Below, piece by piece: positions 25,567-38,622 of a stretch of 64,000 nt of DNA. How positions within the stretch are numbered: position 1 is the stretch's first letter; each line of letters starts with the position of its first letter. The notes beneath the pieces were generated by a model. It was given only the letters and a program-made list of their open reading frames with translations. It was not told the origin of the DNA and searched no databases. The stretch covers positions 78,058,001 through 78,122,000 of the forward strand of contig OZ024741.1 of assembly GCA_964016885.1 (NCBI GenBank). The letters run 5' to 3'. The position numbers and the translations under genes were made by a program. The DNA comes from Eledone cirrhosa. Its lineage: Eukaryota.

Positions 25567-28500
25567 ATATTGTTATACTTTGGGAGGGTCATGTTGCCAA
25601 TAAGAAACACACACACCAGTTGCTTTCACTTCAATTTATTATAATAAATTTATAAATCTATAAATTTCTGGTTGGTTGGTTGGTTCCGCAACCAGATAGT
25701 TGTTTATATATTGTCAAAGTTCTTTTGTCACACATTATGTGACCTCATCAGTGACTGGGGATTCTTTTCTTTGTTTTTGTGCCTCTCCTTTGTTCTGTCC
25801 TACGCCATTTTGTTTCTGTGTGTGTGTTGTGTGCTCAGTCTGCGCATGCGCCATATCCGGGTGTCTGTGTGTGTTTATATTTGTTTATTTATTTGTTTAT
25901 TTACATGTTACTGGTTGGTTGTTTGTTCTATGTGTGTGTGTGTGTTTTCATTTTGTCCTTAATTGTAAGTTGTGATGTTGCTGTTCCACTCATATTTTCT
26001 ATTTAATTTTGGTTGTAATTCTTTTATGTTTATTCTTTTATGTTTATTGCCTCTGTGATTTGTCTAAACATTGCGTCTTTTCTGTGTGTAGATTCTATTT
26101 TTATTTCTATGTTCTCTAATTTACCCTTATGTTCTATTTTAGCATGTTGGTAGAGTACAGATGATTCTTTACTATCTTGAAGGTCTCGCCAGTGTTCATT
26201 TATCCGTTCCCCTACACTACGGGCTGTCTCACCTATGTACACTATATTTTTGTCTCTACATTGTCCTTCAGTACATCTTATGCTATACACTACATTTCTA
26301 GTTTTACAGTTAATATGGGGGCTTATTTTACAGGTTATACATTTCTATACGGGGGGGTCTTTGAAAAGGGTATGTCTTGCTAATAAGTGCTTTTACGGAG
26401 GTACCTGGTCTTTCTACTATCTTAATATTGAGTTTATGTTTATCTAGGGCCCTTCTAAATTTGTAAGCTAATTCACCTCTAGGGGTTGTATCGATGAACA
26501 TTACACTCTGGTATTTATTGCTATCATACCATGAGTTTATTCTATTAGCCTTATTCCTAGTTCTTTCTATTCTATTCCAAAATTTGCTCCTATACAAGGG
26601 GCAGGTCCCATTTGTGTCATTATTTACCATTTTTTCCCATTTGGTTCTGGCTCCTCTATACACTCTGATTCTATCTCTCTGGTTGTAACCAGAGAACTGC
26701 ATACAGTGGATGAAGTGTTGTATGTGTCTCTCTAGTTCTTCGGGGTTGCACATGCGGGACACGTTTCTCATCACCCGTACCAAATCCGCAATCAGTATGT
26801 TGATTTTGGTATGGTCCGAAACAGCCGAGTTTCGGTGGATCAGATGTTTGGAAGTCATGGGTTTGGCATAATGGGAATGGAGGATTTGTTTTTTGTTATT
26901 AATGGTATCTAACCAGAGCTCTGTGTCTAGTACAGGTAATCGATGGTTGGGGTGTTTACTTGGGTAGTCTATAGTAACTCTAATACTCTGGTGGATGGAG
27001 TTAGCTATTTGCTGGATGCTTTCCATTGTGTTTTCTCTAGTTCCTGACTGTTCTCTAGTGGGGGTGTCTTAACTACGATGTTTATATTATCAACGTAGCG
27101 GGAGTACATTATCAGGGTTAAGGGGTCTTCTAATTGTTCTTTAAGTTTAAGTCTACTGTCCCACCATACCATGAATAAGTTAGTTATGTCGCCTGCAATG
27201 CTAACACCAATGGCTGCTCCTTCCTCTTGGGCATATGTTTTTCCATTAAATTTGAACATATGTTCCTTAAGGGTTAGTTTTATGCTGGCCCCTACCGCAT
27301 GTGCAATCATTTTCTTCAGTTCATCGTGGTTTTCGGGTGTCCGTATGGCTCTGGTCCACCTGTTCCATCTATCTGTGTGGGTTTTCTTGGCCGTTGAGGT
27401 AATGGTAGGTGGTCTGCCTCTTGCTGGTCTTGTAGGGCACAGGTTGCTAAGGTCATATGTGTCTAGGTAATTATTACTATAGGTAAGTTTAAGTAGGAGT
27501 CCCAGCTCACTGGTATCAATCCCACGGAACTCAACATTGCTCTTGCTGATCATTTCTACGCATTTCTCCACAGCAAAATCCACGTCAATAGATGGATACA
27601 GGGACACAACATCCATACTACCTATTATGCAGTTTGTTAGGTCCCTAGATCGGTTACCCTCGCCGATTCTGCTGAGGAGGTCTTCCGTGCTGTCACACAC
27701 ATCTGGGGACATCTCAATGATGGGGCGTATGATCAGGGAGAGGAAGTAGGACAGTCTGTAGTTACTAGCAATGTTAGCCCCACAGACTGGCCGTGTTGGT
27801 GGTCCCGTGACAGGGTCATTGCCCGTTTTATGGTCTTTTCGAAGCCCATACAACGCCGGCACGTCATTGTTCCAGGCCTGGAAGTTGTTGGCAGTCCTTT
27901 TGTTGGGCTGCATTATATTCGTCCACATCACCATATGGGCATTGAGGGCTTTTTCTCTATCCTCATGCTCCTGTGGTGTTACCTCTCTTGTGTTAGTGAT
28001 GTGGGGTTGCATTGCCTGGATGTAGTTTGGCAGGCTGTCAACTGACATTCTGCCAGACTTGTCTGTTGGAAAGCATGCTATCTCTCCATTACACGAGCGC
28101 TGCATGAGCTTACGCAAGCCATTTGCAGATTTTTCTCCCAGTTGCTGGGCCTCCATTCTATTATGCTTCTTGCTATACTGTTCTATAATATTTCTAAGTT
28201 CGGATCTAGCTATACTAAATTGTGCTTCTGTTTGTTCATTGACCTGTGACGGCAATTGCGTGCGTTTGTTAAATGGTAAAGTCGTGGCGTGGACTCGTCG
28301 CAGGTCGAACGACTTATCGGATGGATTATAAAAAGTAGAGTTCCAGGCTGCTGCTTTATGTGTACTAGTACTATTGTTATTGTTAGTTGTGTTGTTTCTA
28401 TTTCTATTTCCACCAACAGCCTCATGGTTGTTTCTATGTCTCTCATAATTATTCCTGTCTCTTTCCACTGGCTCATTGTTATTATCTACTCTATTTTGTG

Positions 28501-29406
28501 TGTCTGTGTGTTCGTCTTGGTTATTATCTTTGTCCATAGTCTCCCTTCTCCTTTTAATCCTATTACTTTCCCTTATTTCTGTGATTTCTGTGCTACTGTC
28601 ATTATTTGTTTTCTGTGCTACTGTCATTATTTGTTTTCTGAAATAAAAGTACCAGTAATGCTCTGGGTAATTGCTGGCCTTGTGCCTAAAGTAGAAACAA
28701 TTATTTGTTTTCTGTGTCTGTGTGTTTGTTAAGATTGTGGTGGTGGTGAGAGGCATTGAATGTGTGTGTGTTGTTGTTGTTGATGTGTGCTGTTGTTGAT
28801 GTGTGTGTTATTATTGTTGTGTGTGTTGTTATTGTTGTTTGTGTCTGCGTGTGTGTTGTTGTTGAATCTACACACAGAAAAGACGCAATGTTTAGACAAA
28901 TCACAGAGGCAATAAACATAAAAGAATAAACATAAAAGAATTACAACCAAAATTAAATAGAAAATATGAGTGGAACAGCAACATCACAACTTACAATTAA
29001 GGACAAAATGAAAACACACACACACATAGAACAAACAACCAACCGGTAACATGTAAATAAACAAATAAATAAACAAATATAAACACACACAGACACCCGG
29101 ATATGGCGCATGCGCAGACTGAGCACACAACACACACACAGAAACAAAATGGCGTAGGACAGAACAAAGGAGAGGCACAAAAACAAAGAAAAGAATCCCC
29201 AGTCACTGATGAGGTCACATAATGTATGACAAAAGAACTTTGACAATATATAAACAACTATCTGGTTGCGGAACCAACCAACCAACCAGAAATTTATAGA
29301 TTTATAAATTCCTAAATTTATAAATTTATTATAATAAATTGAACTGAAAGCAACTGGTGCGTGTGTTTCTTATTGGCAACACGACCCTCCCAAAGTATAA
29401 CAATAT
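25567..29406 (-). mobile_element. Penelope-like element (RT + GIY-YIG) with ~530 bp inverted terminal repeats, frameshifted
   Basis: ORF pieces 27005-28756 (PTDKSG, SMDVVSLYPSI, GAAIG, YSRYVDN), 26328-27026 (LPVLD) and 26030-26290 (MYSIRC...YIGETAR...ERINEH). 25567-26095 is the reverse complement of 28864-29406. Confidence 0.93.
28641..28700 (+). mobile_element. Short SINE 3' fragment inserted in the Penelope-like element
   Basis: AAATAAAAGTACCAG...GTAGAAACA flanked by the 15 bp duplication ATTATTTGTTTTCTG. Confidence 0.8.
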
Positions 29407-29443
29407 ATATATATATATATTATAAAGAACAAGGAATCATAAA

Positions 29444-30426
29444 AACATATCTGAAGATCCTTCGAATGCAGAGTCGTGTTCGATCTGTAACAGATCTAGG
29501 CTCAAGTTGATTGATGGAGAAACATATGTAATCTATATATATAAAATTGAGGATGTCTGTCTGTGTATGTGTGTGAGTTTGAATCCCTAAAACTAGAGAA
29601 GCACCCAACCGACTGTTTTCAAACTTTACACATGTAATACTTATGTTTCGGGGAGTGTTCTGAGCAAAAAAAAATTCAAATTTTCAATGCCCTAGGGACC
29701 GCATTAGGTGATTTAACGATCTCTCTCTATAATTCTTAGTCTTTCTCTTTTTAGATAGATACATACATATAATGTCGCGCCCTTATAATATATGTCTGTA
29801 TGTCTGTCTGTCTGCATTACGTCACTTCCCTGAGGATGTCTGTGTGTGTGTGTGAGTTTGAATCCCTAAAACTTGAGAAGTACTCAAACTTCACATGCGT
29901 ATTACTTATGTTTCAGGGAGAGTTATGCACATAAAAAATTCAACTTTTTGATCTAGCGCCCACATTAGGTGAAAATCTGTGTTTTTTAAGCTTTTTAGGT
30001 TTTTTTTGAGGCGTTATGTCAGAGCGATTTCCTTGAAATTGTAACTATGTATTAGTCAGTCTCTTCTTCATACCGTGAGCAAAGAAAATCCAACTTTTTA
30101 TGGCCTAGGGCCCGCATTAGGTGAAAAACTTCATTTTTTCAGCTTTTTAGGGCTTTTTGGAGGCGTTACGTTTAGCCAATTTTCCTGAAATTTAAAGGCA
30201 TATTATGCACTAAAAAAAAAATATTTTCTTGATCCCCTAGGTGAAAACCTGCATTTTTCCTGCTTCACCAAGGAAAATCTTAAAGATTATCCAGCCATCA
30301 GAGTATTCGGTTTATTTTCTTTACATATTGTCCAAGCATGCAGTTTCTTCATGATTAGGTCTGTTGGCGGCCCGCATTCCAAAATACCTTATCTTGTGCA
30401 ACGCCGGGTACCACTGTTAGTATGTT
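29444..30426 (+). ncRNA. Type I hammerhead ribozyme split by a Helitron (parts 29444-29531 and 30421-30426)
   Basis: AACAUAU-CUGAAGA-UCC...GGA-GAAA-CAUAUG-UA-A|Helitron|UAUGUU-AAUAAA. Removing the insertion restores helix I AACAUAU/AUAUGUU. Confidence 0.7.
29532..30420 (+). mobile_element. Non-autonomous Helitron
   Basis: 5' TCTATATATATAAAA, subterminal GTGCAACGCCGGG hairpin remnant, 3' TTAG (CTAG in sister copies), inserted at A|T with no TSD. Confidence 0.85.
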
Positions 30427-30866
30427 AATAAATGTGATATGATGCAACACTGATTCCTCGTTCTTTATAATATTATACTCTGCTCTAGCAAACATCGGGT
30501 CCTCAACCGGCATACCGCCTATGGACGCATTTACCTGCAACCCTACAACAACTATATATATATATCATCATCATTTAATGTCTTTTTTCCATGCTTGCAC
30601 GGGTTGCGACAGATTATCACATTATGAGGCCTGACAGATCATCACATCTTGCTCACATGCTCTATGGTTATATACCTTTCTGAACAGCAACTACCTTACA
30701 ATGTGTACTGGGAGCTTATTTTCATGGCACCAGAACAACCACCTTGTAGGGTGGGCTACATGTTTTGTCATGGCACCACCACTACTACCTTATAGGGTGG
30801 CTATACTAAACACATTTCAATTGTGATATGAAATAAAATAAAATAAATTGTATAAATAGATGCAAT

Positions 30867-31293
30867 GATTCTCTTGTTAGCTTGTTTACAGTAGTGTTTA
30901 ATATAATTATTGTGATGGTTTTGTTGAACTAGAATGAATGAATTGTCTTTCTATGATAAAATCTTGTCTGTGTCATTGTGAATGATTAGATTGTAAATAT
31001 GAATTTTTACACCCCACTTCAGAATAACCAAGAGAAAGTCGTAGATGGTTTAAGAGAACATGATAGGTAGGTAAAGCAAAAACTATTTTTTTTCACTAAT
31101 TGTGGTTTTTGTGTTATGTTGGTGTTTGTATAGATATTTGTTGTTTTTCTCAATCACATAGTGTAGTAGGTAAGCATTAGAAGAGTTCACGTGTGCAAAT
31201 ATATGTATGCTGACTTATACTGATGCACTTTTGACAAGCAAGCATTCAGAGCAAGTCTCCAGTCTGAATATAACTAGATAGTGTTGGAATCAC
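30867..31293. repeat. ~420 bp unclassified dispersed repeat, inverted copy at 61002-61421
   Basis: Near-identical reverse-complement match read directly from the sequence. Confidence 0.9.
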
Positions 31294-32213
31294 AATACAG
31301 AGCAAGAGAGCTTGTCATGCCATTGACACAGCTGAAGGGTCCTCTCAACCATTTTTCACTGTATTTCTACAGCAGGTTGCTATTCCTATCATCAACCATC
31401 TTACAGGGTGCACTGGGTCAAGATTTTCCTGCTGTCGTGGGTTGGATGAGTTATCACAGACGAAGTCAGTACTTTATTGGCTAGCTTTACAGGCTAGCTG
31501 GGGGCCAATATTTTTTTTTACATATGTTATGTATTTTACATGGTTTCTACAACTGGATGCCCTTCATATCACTAACCACTTTACAGAATAGCACCAACAC
31601 TGGGGAAGTTATGTCCTTAACACAATTAAGAGTCATTGCTTCACATGGTTTCTATTGCTGGATGTCCTTCCTAACACCACCCATTTTGCAGAATGTATTG
31701 GGTGCATTTTATCATAGCACCAGGACTATATATCATTTAATGCCGGTTTCCCAAGTTGGCATGGGCTGGATAGGTTGTCACAGACCAAGACCATTAATTG
31801 GACCTACTTAATTAGACAGTAATTAATTGGAGCTGACCAGTGGGGTCAGATGCTATGTCTTATACATTCATTTGGCTAAAATCAATGTGTAGTATATATA
31901 CTACACTTTGATCTGTGTGCATCCCAATACAAAAGATCTAAATAATAGTTGATCACTATAAATAATAGTTTAAAAAATCAAGTAAAGTATTCCCTAGAAA
32001 TGGAAAAAAGAGGTGTCTGTGAGGAATTGAAAACTGTATCTCTCATATATTAGGCGAGTGCATTTAACATTACACTAAAGAGCCACTAGCTACCATTTCT
32101 TCTATTTAAAAAATTCTAAGCCTGTAACTAGAAGTGTAACATTTCAAATGTTCCCAATGCAGAGAACCGAACTGTAATGTCAATATATAAATGTTTAAAA
32201 GGTTTTTTTTTAC

Positions 32214-32427
32214 CTGTATGAGACTACTCTTTCAATGTTGTCCAAAGGCACTTTGTACCCACATTCTTCAAGGATCTCTGCCTGGACTACTTCTTGTAGG
32301 GAGATGTCTTTGTCCACTATCCCAGCACACAGCTCAGTTGTTATTCCTAGTTCACCAGAATACATTGCTGTGTCAATCTTCTGAATACCTTTCTCTTCAT
32401 GAATGCAGCTTCGGTTCATAAAAATGA
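32214..32427 (-). CDS. NUDT14: NUDT14-like exon with the Nudix box
   Basis: Acceptor ctgtttcag, donor gtaaaa. Translation VIFMNRSC...GITTELCAGIVDKDISLQEVVQAEILEECGYKVP...VVSYR. Confidence 0.93.
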
Positions 32428-33121
32428 CTGAAACAGTTTGATAACATAGATAAAACAGAATGATAATTTAGCTAATAAGACTTAGAATACAACAGATATA
32501 CGATGTACAGTAGAAGTAGTAGCAGAAGTAGCAGTAAGTAGCTATATAAAAAACTATGTGTACACTTACAGTTTAGTCCATGATTACCTGTTTGTCTCTC
32601 TCCCTTTCGAGCAGAGGTGAACTGGCTAAGAGGGTGAGGTATTTTAATGCCAGCTCAAAAGTCTTTGTGTTTTATTTTTGTATCTGAACAGTTCAGTTAG
32701 TTTCATCTATCTAAAATTCAGCCAATCTATCAGAATTAAGTACCAGATTCTGAGAACATTTTGACAGTTAACTATTACTAACTGAAACTGGTGAAAAAAA
32801 AAGATCTTATTCTTCTATATTTTCTTTTAGGTATAGGAAAAATAAAGTAATGTACCACTTAGACCACACAGGATAAGTTCAAATCCACTGCAAACAGTGA
32901 ATTTAGTGAGTAATTTAATGTGCATGTATATGTTCATAAACTCTGATTTGAAAATCCACCACCATATTATAATAATAATTGTTTCTACTTTAGGCAGAAG
33001 GCCAACAACTTTAATGGAGGGGCAAGTCGATTAAATCGATCCCAGTGTATTACTGATACTTTATTTTATCGATTCCATAAGGATGAAAGGCAAAGCTAAC
33101 TTTGGTGAGATTTATTCACAA

Positions 33122-34034
33122 CTAGCAGTGGTACCCGGCGTTGCACGGGATAAGGTATTTTGGAACGCGGGCCGCCAACAGACCTAATCGTCGAAAAACT
33201 GCATGCCTGGACAATATGTAAAAATAAACCGAATACTCTGATGGCTGGATAATCTTTAACATTTTCCTCAATGAAGCAGGAAAAATGCAGGTTTTCACCT
33301 AATGCGGGCCCTAGGGGATCAAGAAAATGAATTTTTTTTATGTGCATAATATGCCTTGAAATTTCGGGAAAATCGGCTAGATGTAACACATCCAAAAAGC
33401 CCTAAGAGGCTGAAAAAATGAAGTTTTTCACCTAATGCGGGCCCTAGGCCATAAGAAAGTTGGATTTTCTTTGCTCACGGTATGAAGAAGAGACTGACTA
33501 ATACATAGTTACAATTTCAAGGAAATCGGTCTGACGTAATGCCTCAAAAAACCACTAAACATCTTTAAAAACGCAGATTTTCACCTAATGCGGGCCCGAG
33601 GAGATAAAAAAAAAGTTGAATTTTTTTATGTGCATAACACTCCCTGAAACATAAGTAATACACATGTAAAAATCGGTTGGGTACTTCGAGTTTTAGGGAT
33701 TCAAACTCACAAACTCACAGACACAGACACACACACACAGACATCCTCAGGGAAGTGACGTAATGCAGACAGCCAGATATTATAAGGGCGCGACGTTATA
33801 AGTATGTATCTATCTAATAAGAGAAAGACTAAGAATTATAGAGCGAGATCGCTAAATCGCCTAATGCGGTCCCTAGGGCATTGAACATTTGAAATTTTTT
33901 TTCCTCAGAACACTCCCTGAAACATAAGTATTACATGTGTAAAGTTTGAAAACAGTCGGTTGGGTGGTTCTCGAGTTTTAGGGATTTGAACTCACACACA
34001 CACAGACAGACATTCTCAGTTTTATATATATAGA
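33122..34034 (-). mobile_element. Non-autonomous Helitron, same family as 29532-30420, inverted
   Basis: Minus strand 5' TCTATATATATAAAACTGAG and 3' CCCGTGCAACGCCGGG...CTAG|T. Confidence 0.88.
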
Positions 34035-35401
34035 CTAGCAGAAAACCATCCGGTGGGCAGTTTTCTGCTAGCAAATCTAGTGTATATACTGATATTGTTG
34101 AGATTTGGATGAGAAATGTTTTCGGCACCACATGTTCACTGTCTCTCGGTGTGTCTTTTATGCATGTATAAATATATATGTTATCTATACGGTGAAATAT
34201 TTGAAATAAATATATGTTAAAACGAAAAAGGAGAAAAAGAGATTAGTGACGGAAATATAAACGTTATGATACATAAACGTTATGATATAACGATGGAAAT
34301 ATATCTTCAAATGGTCCTTGGCATGGTGTCAAGTCAGAACCGCCTCGAACTGGTTACTTCTGGCTTGTGCAAGGTGTCTCTATAGCAACCAGCGATTCCC
34401 TCGGCCTCAATGACCAAAGTCAGTGGAGAGGGGAAGGTAATGTTTCTATAGCGACAGTGTTTCTCTTGGTAGTACCAAAGTGGAGAAAGGAAGAGGAAGG
34501 TAATATTTCTGTAGCACCTACATTTGAGTTTTAGGGAAGGACAGACAGACAGACAGACAGACAAACAGAGAAATGCCCATATATTTCTGTGTGTGTATAT
34601 ATATATATATATATATTACACACACAGAAATGTATATATATTTCTGTGTGTATATATATATATTTCTGTGTGTGTATATATATATATATTACACACACAG
34701 AAATGTATATATATTTCTGTGTGTATATATATATATTACACACACAGAAATGTATATATATTTCTGTGTGTGTATATATATATATATTACACACACAGAA
34801 ATGTATATATATTTCTTAGAACAAAATTATTATTAATATTTTGCTGTTCATAACAATTGGAATTGAAAAATTACTTTTGAAATTATTAGTTATTTTACTA
34901 ATGCTTAGATATGTAAAAATGAAGCAATGTTTCTAATAATTGTTTCTACTTTTGGCACAAGGCCAGCAATTATCCAGTACATTACTGGTACTTTATTTTA
35001 TCGACCCCATGAGGATGAAAGGCAAAGTTAACCTCGGCGGTATTTGAACTCAGACCGTAAAGGGACGTAACTCCATGCTATGAAGCATGGTGTCAGACTC
35101 TCTACAGATTCTGCCAATCCACCGCCCTAATGTCTGTACGTAATGAGGGAGTGAGAGGGGAGAGAAAGAAAGGCAGAGGTGAAGTGACGAAGTGACTCTC
35201 TCCTCCTCCATCTCCCCATTCGTCACAGCGATAGACGGGAGGAATGTTAGTGTGTTACAAAGAGAAAGAGTGAGAGTGAGAGAAACAGACAGACTAAAAG
35301 AGAGGGATAGCTGGAGAGAGAGAGAAATAGCAACCACTCGCGCACGTGTTTCCAGTCGGACAGACAGACAGAGAAATTGCTGGTTATATATTATAAGGAG
35401 A
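34035..35401 (-). mobile_element. Composite Helitron-like region with nested minisatellite and SINE
   Basis: A 3' CTAG abuts the 5' TC of the next Helitron. A 5' TC...TATAATATATAA + (CTGT)n start lies near 35401. An OK-like SINE sits at ~34935-35128. Internal boundaries are uncertain. Confidence 0.5.
34578..34816. repeat. Palindromic minisatellite (ACACACAGAAATGTATATATATTTCTGTGTGT + TA runs)
   Basis: About four ~60 bp units, each self-complementary. Confidence 0.85.
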
Positions 35402-36250
35402 TAATTGTTTTTACTTTTGGGCACAAGGCCAGCAATTCTCCCAGTGCATTACTGGTACTTTATTTTATCAACCCCGTAAGGATGAAAGGCAAAGTTATAC
35501 AGATAATAATAATTTCTAATAAAGGCACACAACTTGCAATTTATGGGGAGGGGTAAGTCGACTATGTCAACCCCAATATTTTACTGGTACTTTATTTCAT
35601 TAACTTTGAAAGGCTGAAAGGCAAATTGACCTCAGCCAGATTTAAACTCCCACTCTTGCAAGCAGGGAACAGCAGACTGATGATGATGAATGTAAAGACC
35701 CAGAACAAATGATGTGACACATTTGGCTGACGCTTTAATGACTGCCAGAGATATGGAAATCTTAACTATGTGTTTAATGGCTCCAGAATATCATTTTGTA
35801 GATATAATAATAATGATTTCTAGTATAGGCATAAGGCCAGTAATTTGGGGGCAGGGGAAAGTCGATTAAATCGACCACAGCACTTTACTTATTGACCCTG
35901 GAAGTGTGAAAAGTGAAGTTGCTTTCAAAACGTAGATATTAATTCTTACCTAGTTACAAAATTAGAAATTTCGACGGGAAGGATTAGTCGATTAAATCGA
36001 CTGCAGTACTTGACTGGTACTTTATCTACTAATATCCCAAACTGCATGAGATCACATTAACAGAACATCCTTGAAAAATACATTGATTTTAAAGGCAGTG
36101 AAACTCTTTAATGTAAGGGGGATAACTCTAATTGCTTCTTTTGTTTTTTAATCCTCCTCAGAAATTTTTTAATATGGCTGCAGTTCATTCAATCAATGAC
36201 GACGAATATTGACGATATTAAAAGCCGATAAAAATATTTTTGAAGATAAT

Positions 36251-36493
36251 TTGTGATGTATGTATAATAATTGTTTCTACTTTTGGCACAAGGCCAGCAA
36301 TTATCCAGTACATTACTGGTACTTTATTTTATCGACCCCGTAAGGATAAAAGGCAAAGTTAACTTTGGAGGGATTTGAACTCAGTCCGTATTGCTCCAAG
36401 GTTAACTTTGCCTTTCATCCTTACGGGGTCGATAAAATAAAGTACCAGGAATGTACTGGGTAATTGCTGGCCTTGTGATGTATGTATAATAAT
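36251..36493. mobile_element. Fold-back SINE insertion with 21 bp target-site duplication
   Basis: TTGTGATGTATGTATAATAAT at both ends. Between them are a minus-strand SINE 3' half and a plus-strand copy of the same segment. Confidence 0.85.
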
Positions 36494-36905
36494 GTTGTGT
36501 TACTAATTCCATATAATTTAATATTTTTCTTTCATCATATTTCTTGAGAGCATTTCTCTATTTCTTTGGTAATAAATTAACAATCACACACATGCAACAT
36601 TAATTTGAGCATAATTGGCTGCATTGCATTAAATATTAAAGTTTTTAGATTAATATTACACATTTTCAGAAGAATCTGTTCAAAACTAAAGATATTATAA
36701 ACATTTAGATTAACAACCTGTTTTTAGACAATTTCTGTGAGATCATTACAGGATGTTAAGAGTTATTTTATTGACACTAGAAGAATGAAAGGCAAAATTA
36801 ATCCCAGTAAGATTTTAACTCAGAACATGAAGAGCAGATTATCCAGCACTACTGATTCTGCCAATCCACTGCCACAGTAGTTAAAAAACAACAAAAAAAA
36901 CTTAC

Positions 36906-36970
36906 CTGGACGGAACTGTTTGACAAACAACAAGACCCCGCGTTTCCGGTTGAACAACAAGACACAGACA
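36906..36970 (-). CDS. NUDT14: NUDT14-like exon (SVCVLLFNRKRGVLLFVKQFRP)
   Basis: Acceptor tttctacag, donor gtaag, 65 bp, KQFRP motif, phases match both neighbours. Confidence 0.93.
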
Positions 36971-38586
36971 CTGTAGAAATGTAAAGAAGAAAGACACACA
37001 CAGTTTTTATAGAACCAAACTGCTAAAATCTAACATCACATATAATACTAGTAGTTATAGTAATAATTACATACAGTATTTCCTGATAGGGGTTCTATAA
37101 ATAATATACTTTACTAGAGTGTTGCCCAGCATATGGCGGCAGTTTTCTGGTTGGATGTCCTTCCTATCACTAATCAATTACGATGGACTGGGTACATTAT
37201 TTGTGTCGCCAGCACTAGAGTTTGTCTCTACCCTATATCAGTTTTTATTCAGAGTGACTTCTCTCCTAGATGGGTTGCCTTCACTACAACCTACGGAGCC
37301 CACATCTGCTATATGGAGTCCACATGATAGCTTCACATATAAAATATAACAAGCCTAAAAAACTTCAATTAACTAAGATTATCCTTGCAATTTGGAGATA
37401 ACTTTTTTAGGTGTGTTCAAACTCTAAAAACAGCAAACAAGGCAGATAACTTCAGCATATATCGATTAATAGCGATGGTAAATTAAATGTCAGCTAATAA
37501 GAGTGTATAATGATTATATGTACATATAATATGGCTAGAGATCAACTTTGGCCTTTCATCCTTTCGAGGTTGATAAAAACGTATCAGTCCAGTACTGGGG
37601 TTGATCCTTCCCCCATCTCACTCTCTCTCTGGAAGGTGATGTTAGGAAATATACTTTTGCTACTGTGGATAATCTATATACTACTAAAACTCTGATCTTG
37701 ATTGTTTGCTTGCTTACTTGCTTGCACACACTTTCTCTATATATATATGTTCATATTTGTGTATATACAGGTTGTCCACCAAAAAATGTGTCCCCACTTT
37801 GATTGCCTATACATGCATTATTTGTTAGGATGGTGTATATATATATATACATGTATATATATGGTGTCCCCCAAAAATGTATACACACTTTGATTACCTG
37901 TACAAGCAATATATATATTAGAATGGTGTATACATTTTTAGGTACCCTGGTATATCTATATATGGTGTCCCCGAAAAATGTATACACACTTTGATTACCT
38001 GTACATTTTTAGGGACACCAGTATATATATATGGTGTCGCGGAAAAATGTATACACACTTTGATTACCTGTACAGGCAATATATATATTAGAATGGTGTA
38101 TACATTTTTGGGGACTCCGGTATATATATATATATATATATATATATGGTGTCCCCGAAAAATGTATACACACTTTCATTACCTGTACAGGTAATATTTA
38201 TATTAGAATGGTGTATACATTTTTAGGGAACCCGGTATATATATATATATATATATATATATGGTTACCCCGAAAAATGTATACACACTTTGATTACCTT
38301 TACAGGCAATATTTATATTAGAATGGTGTATACATTTTTAGGGAACCCGGTATATATATAATATATATGGTGTCCCGGAAAAATGTATACACACTTTGAT
38401 TACCTGTACAGGCAATATATATATATATATGGTGTCCCCTAAAAATGTATACACACTTTGATAACCTGTACCAGCAATATATATATTAGAATGGTGTATA
38501 GTGTCCCCGAAAAATGTATACACACTTTGATTATCTGTACAGGCAATCTATATATTAGAATGGTGTATACATTTTTAGGGACCCCA

Positions 38587-38622
<36 letters not shown>

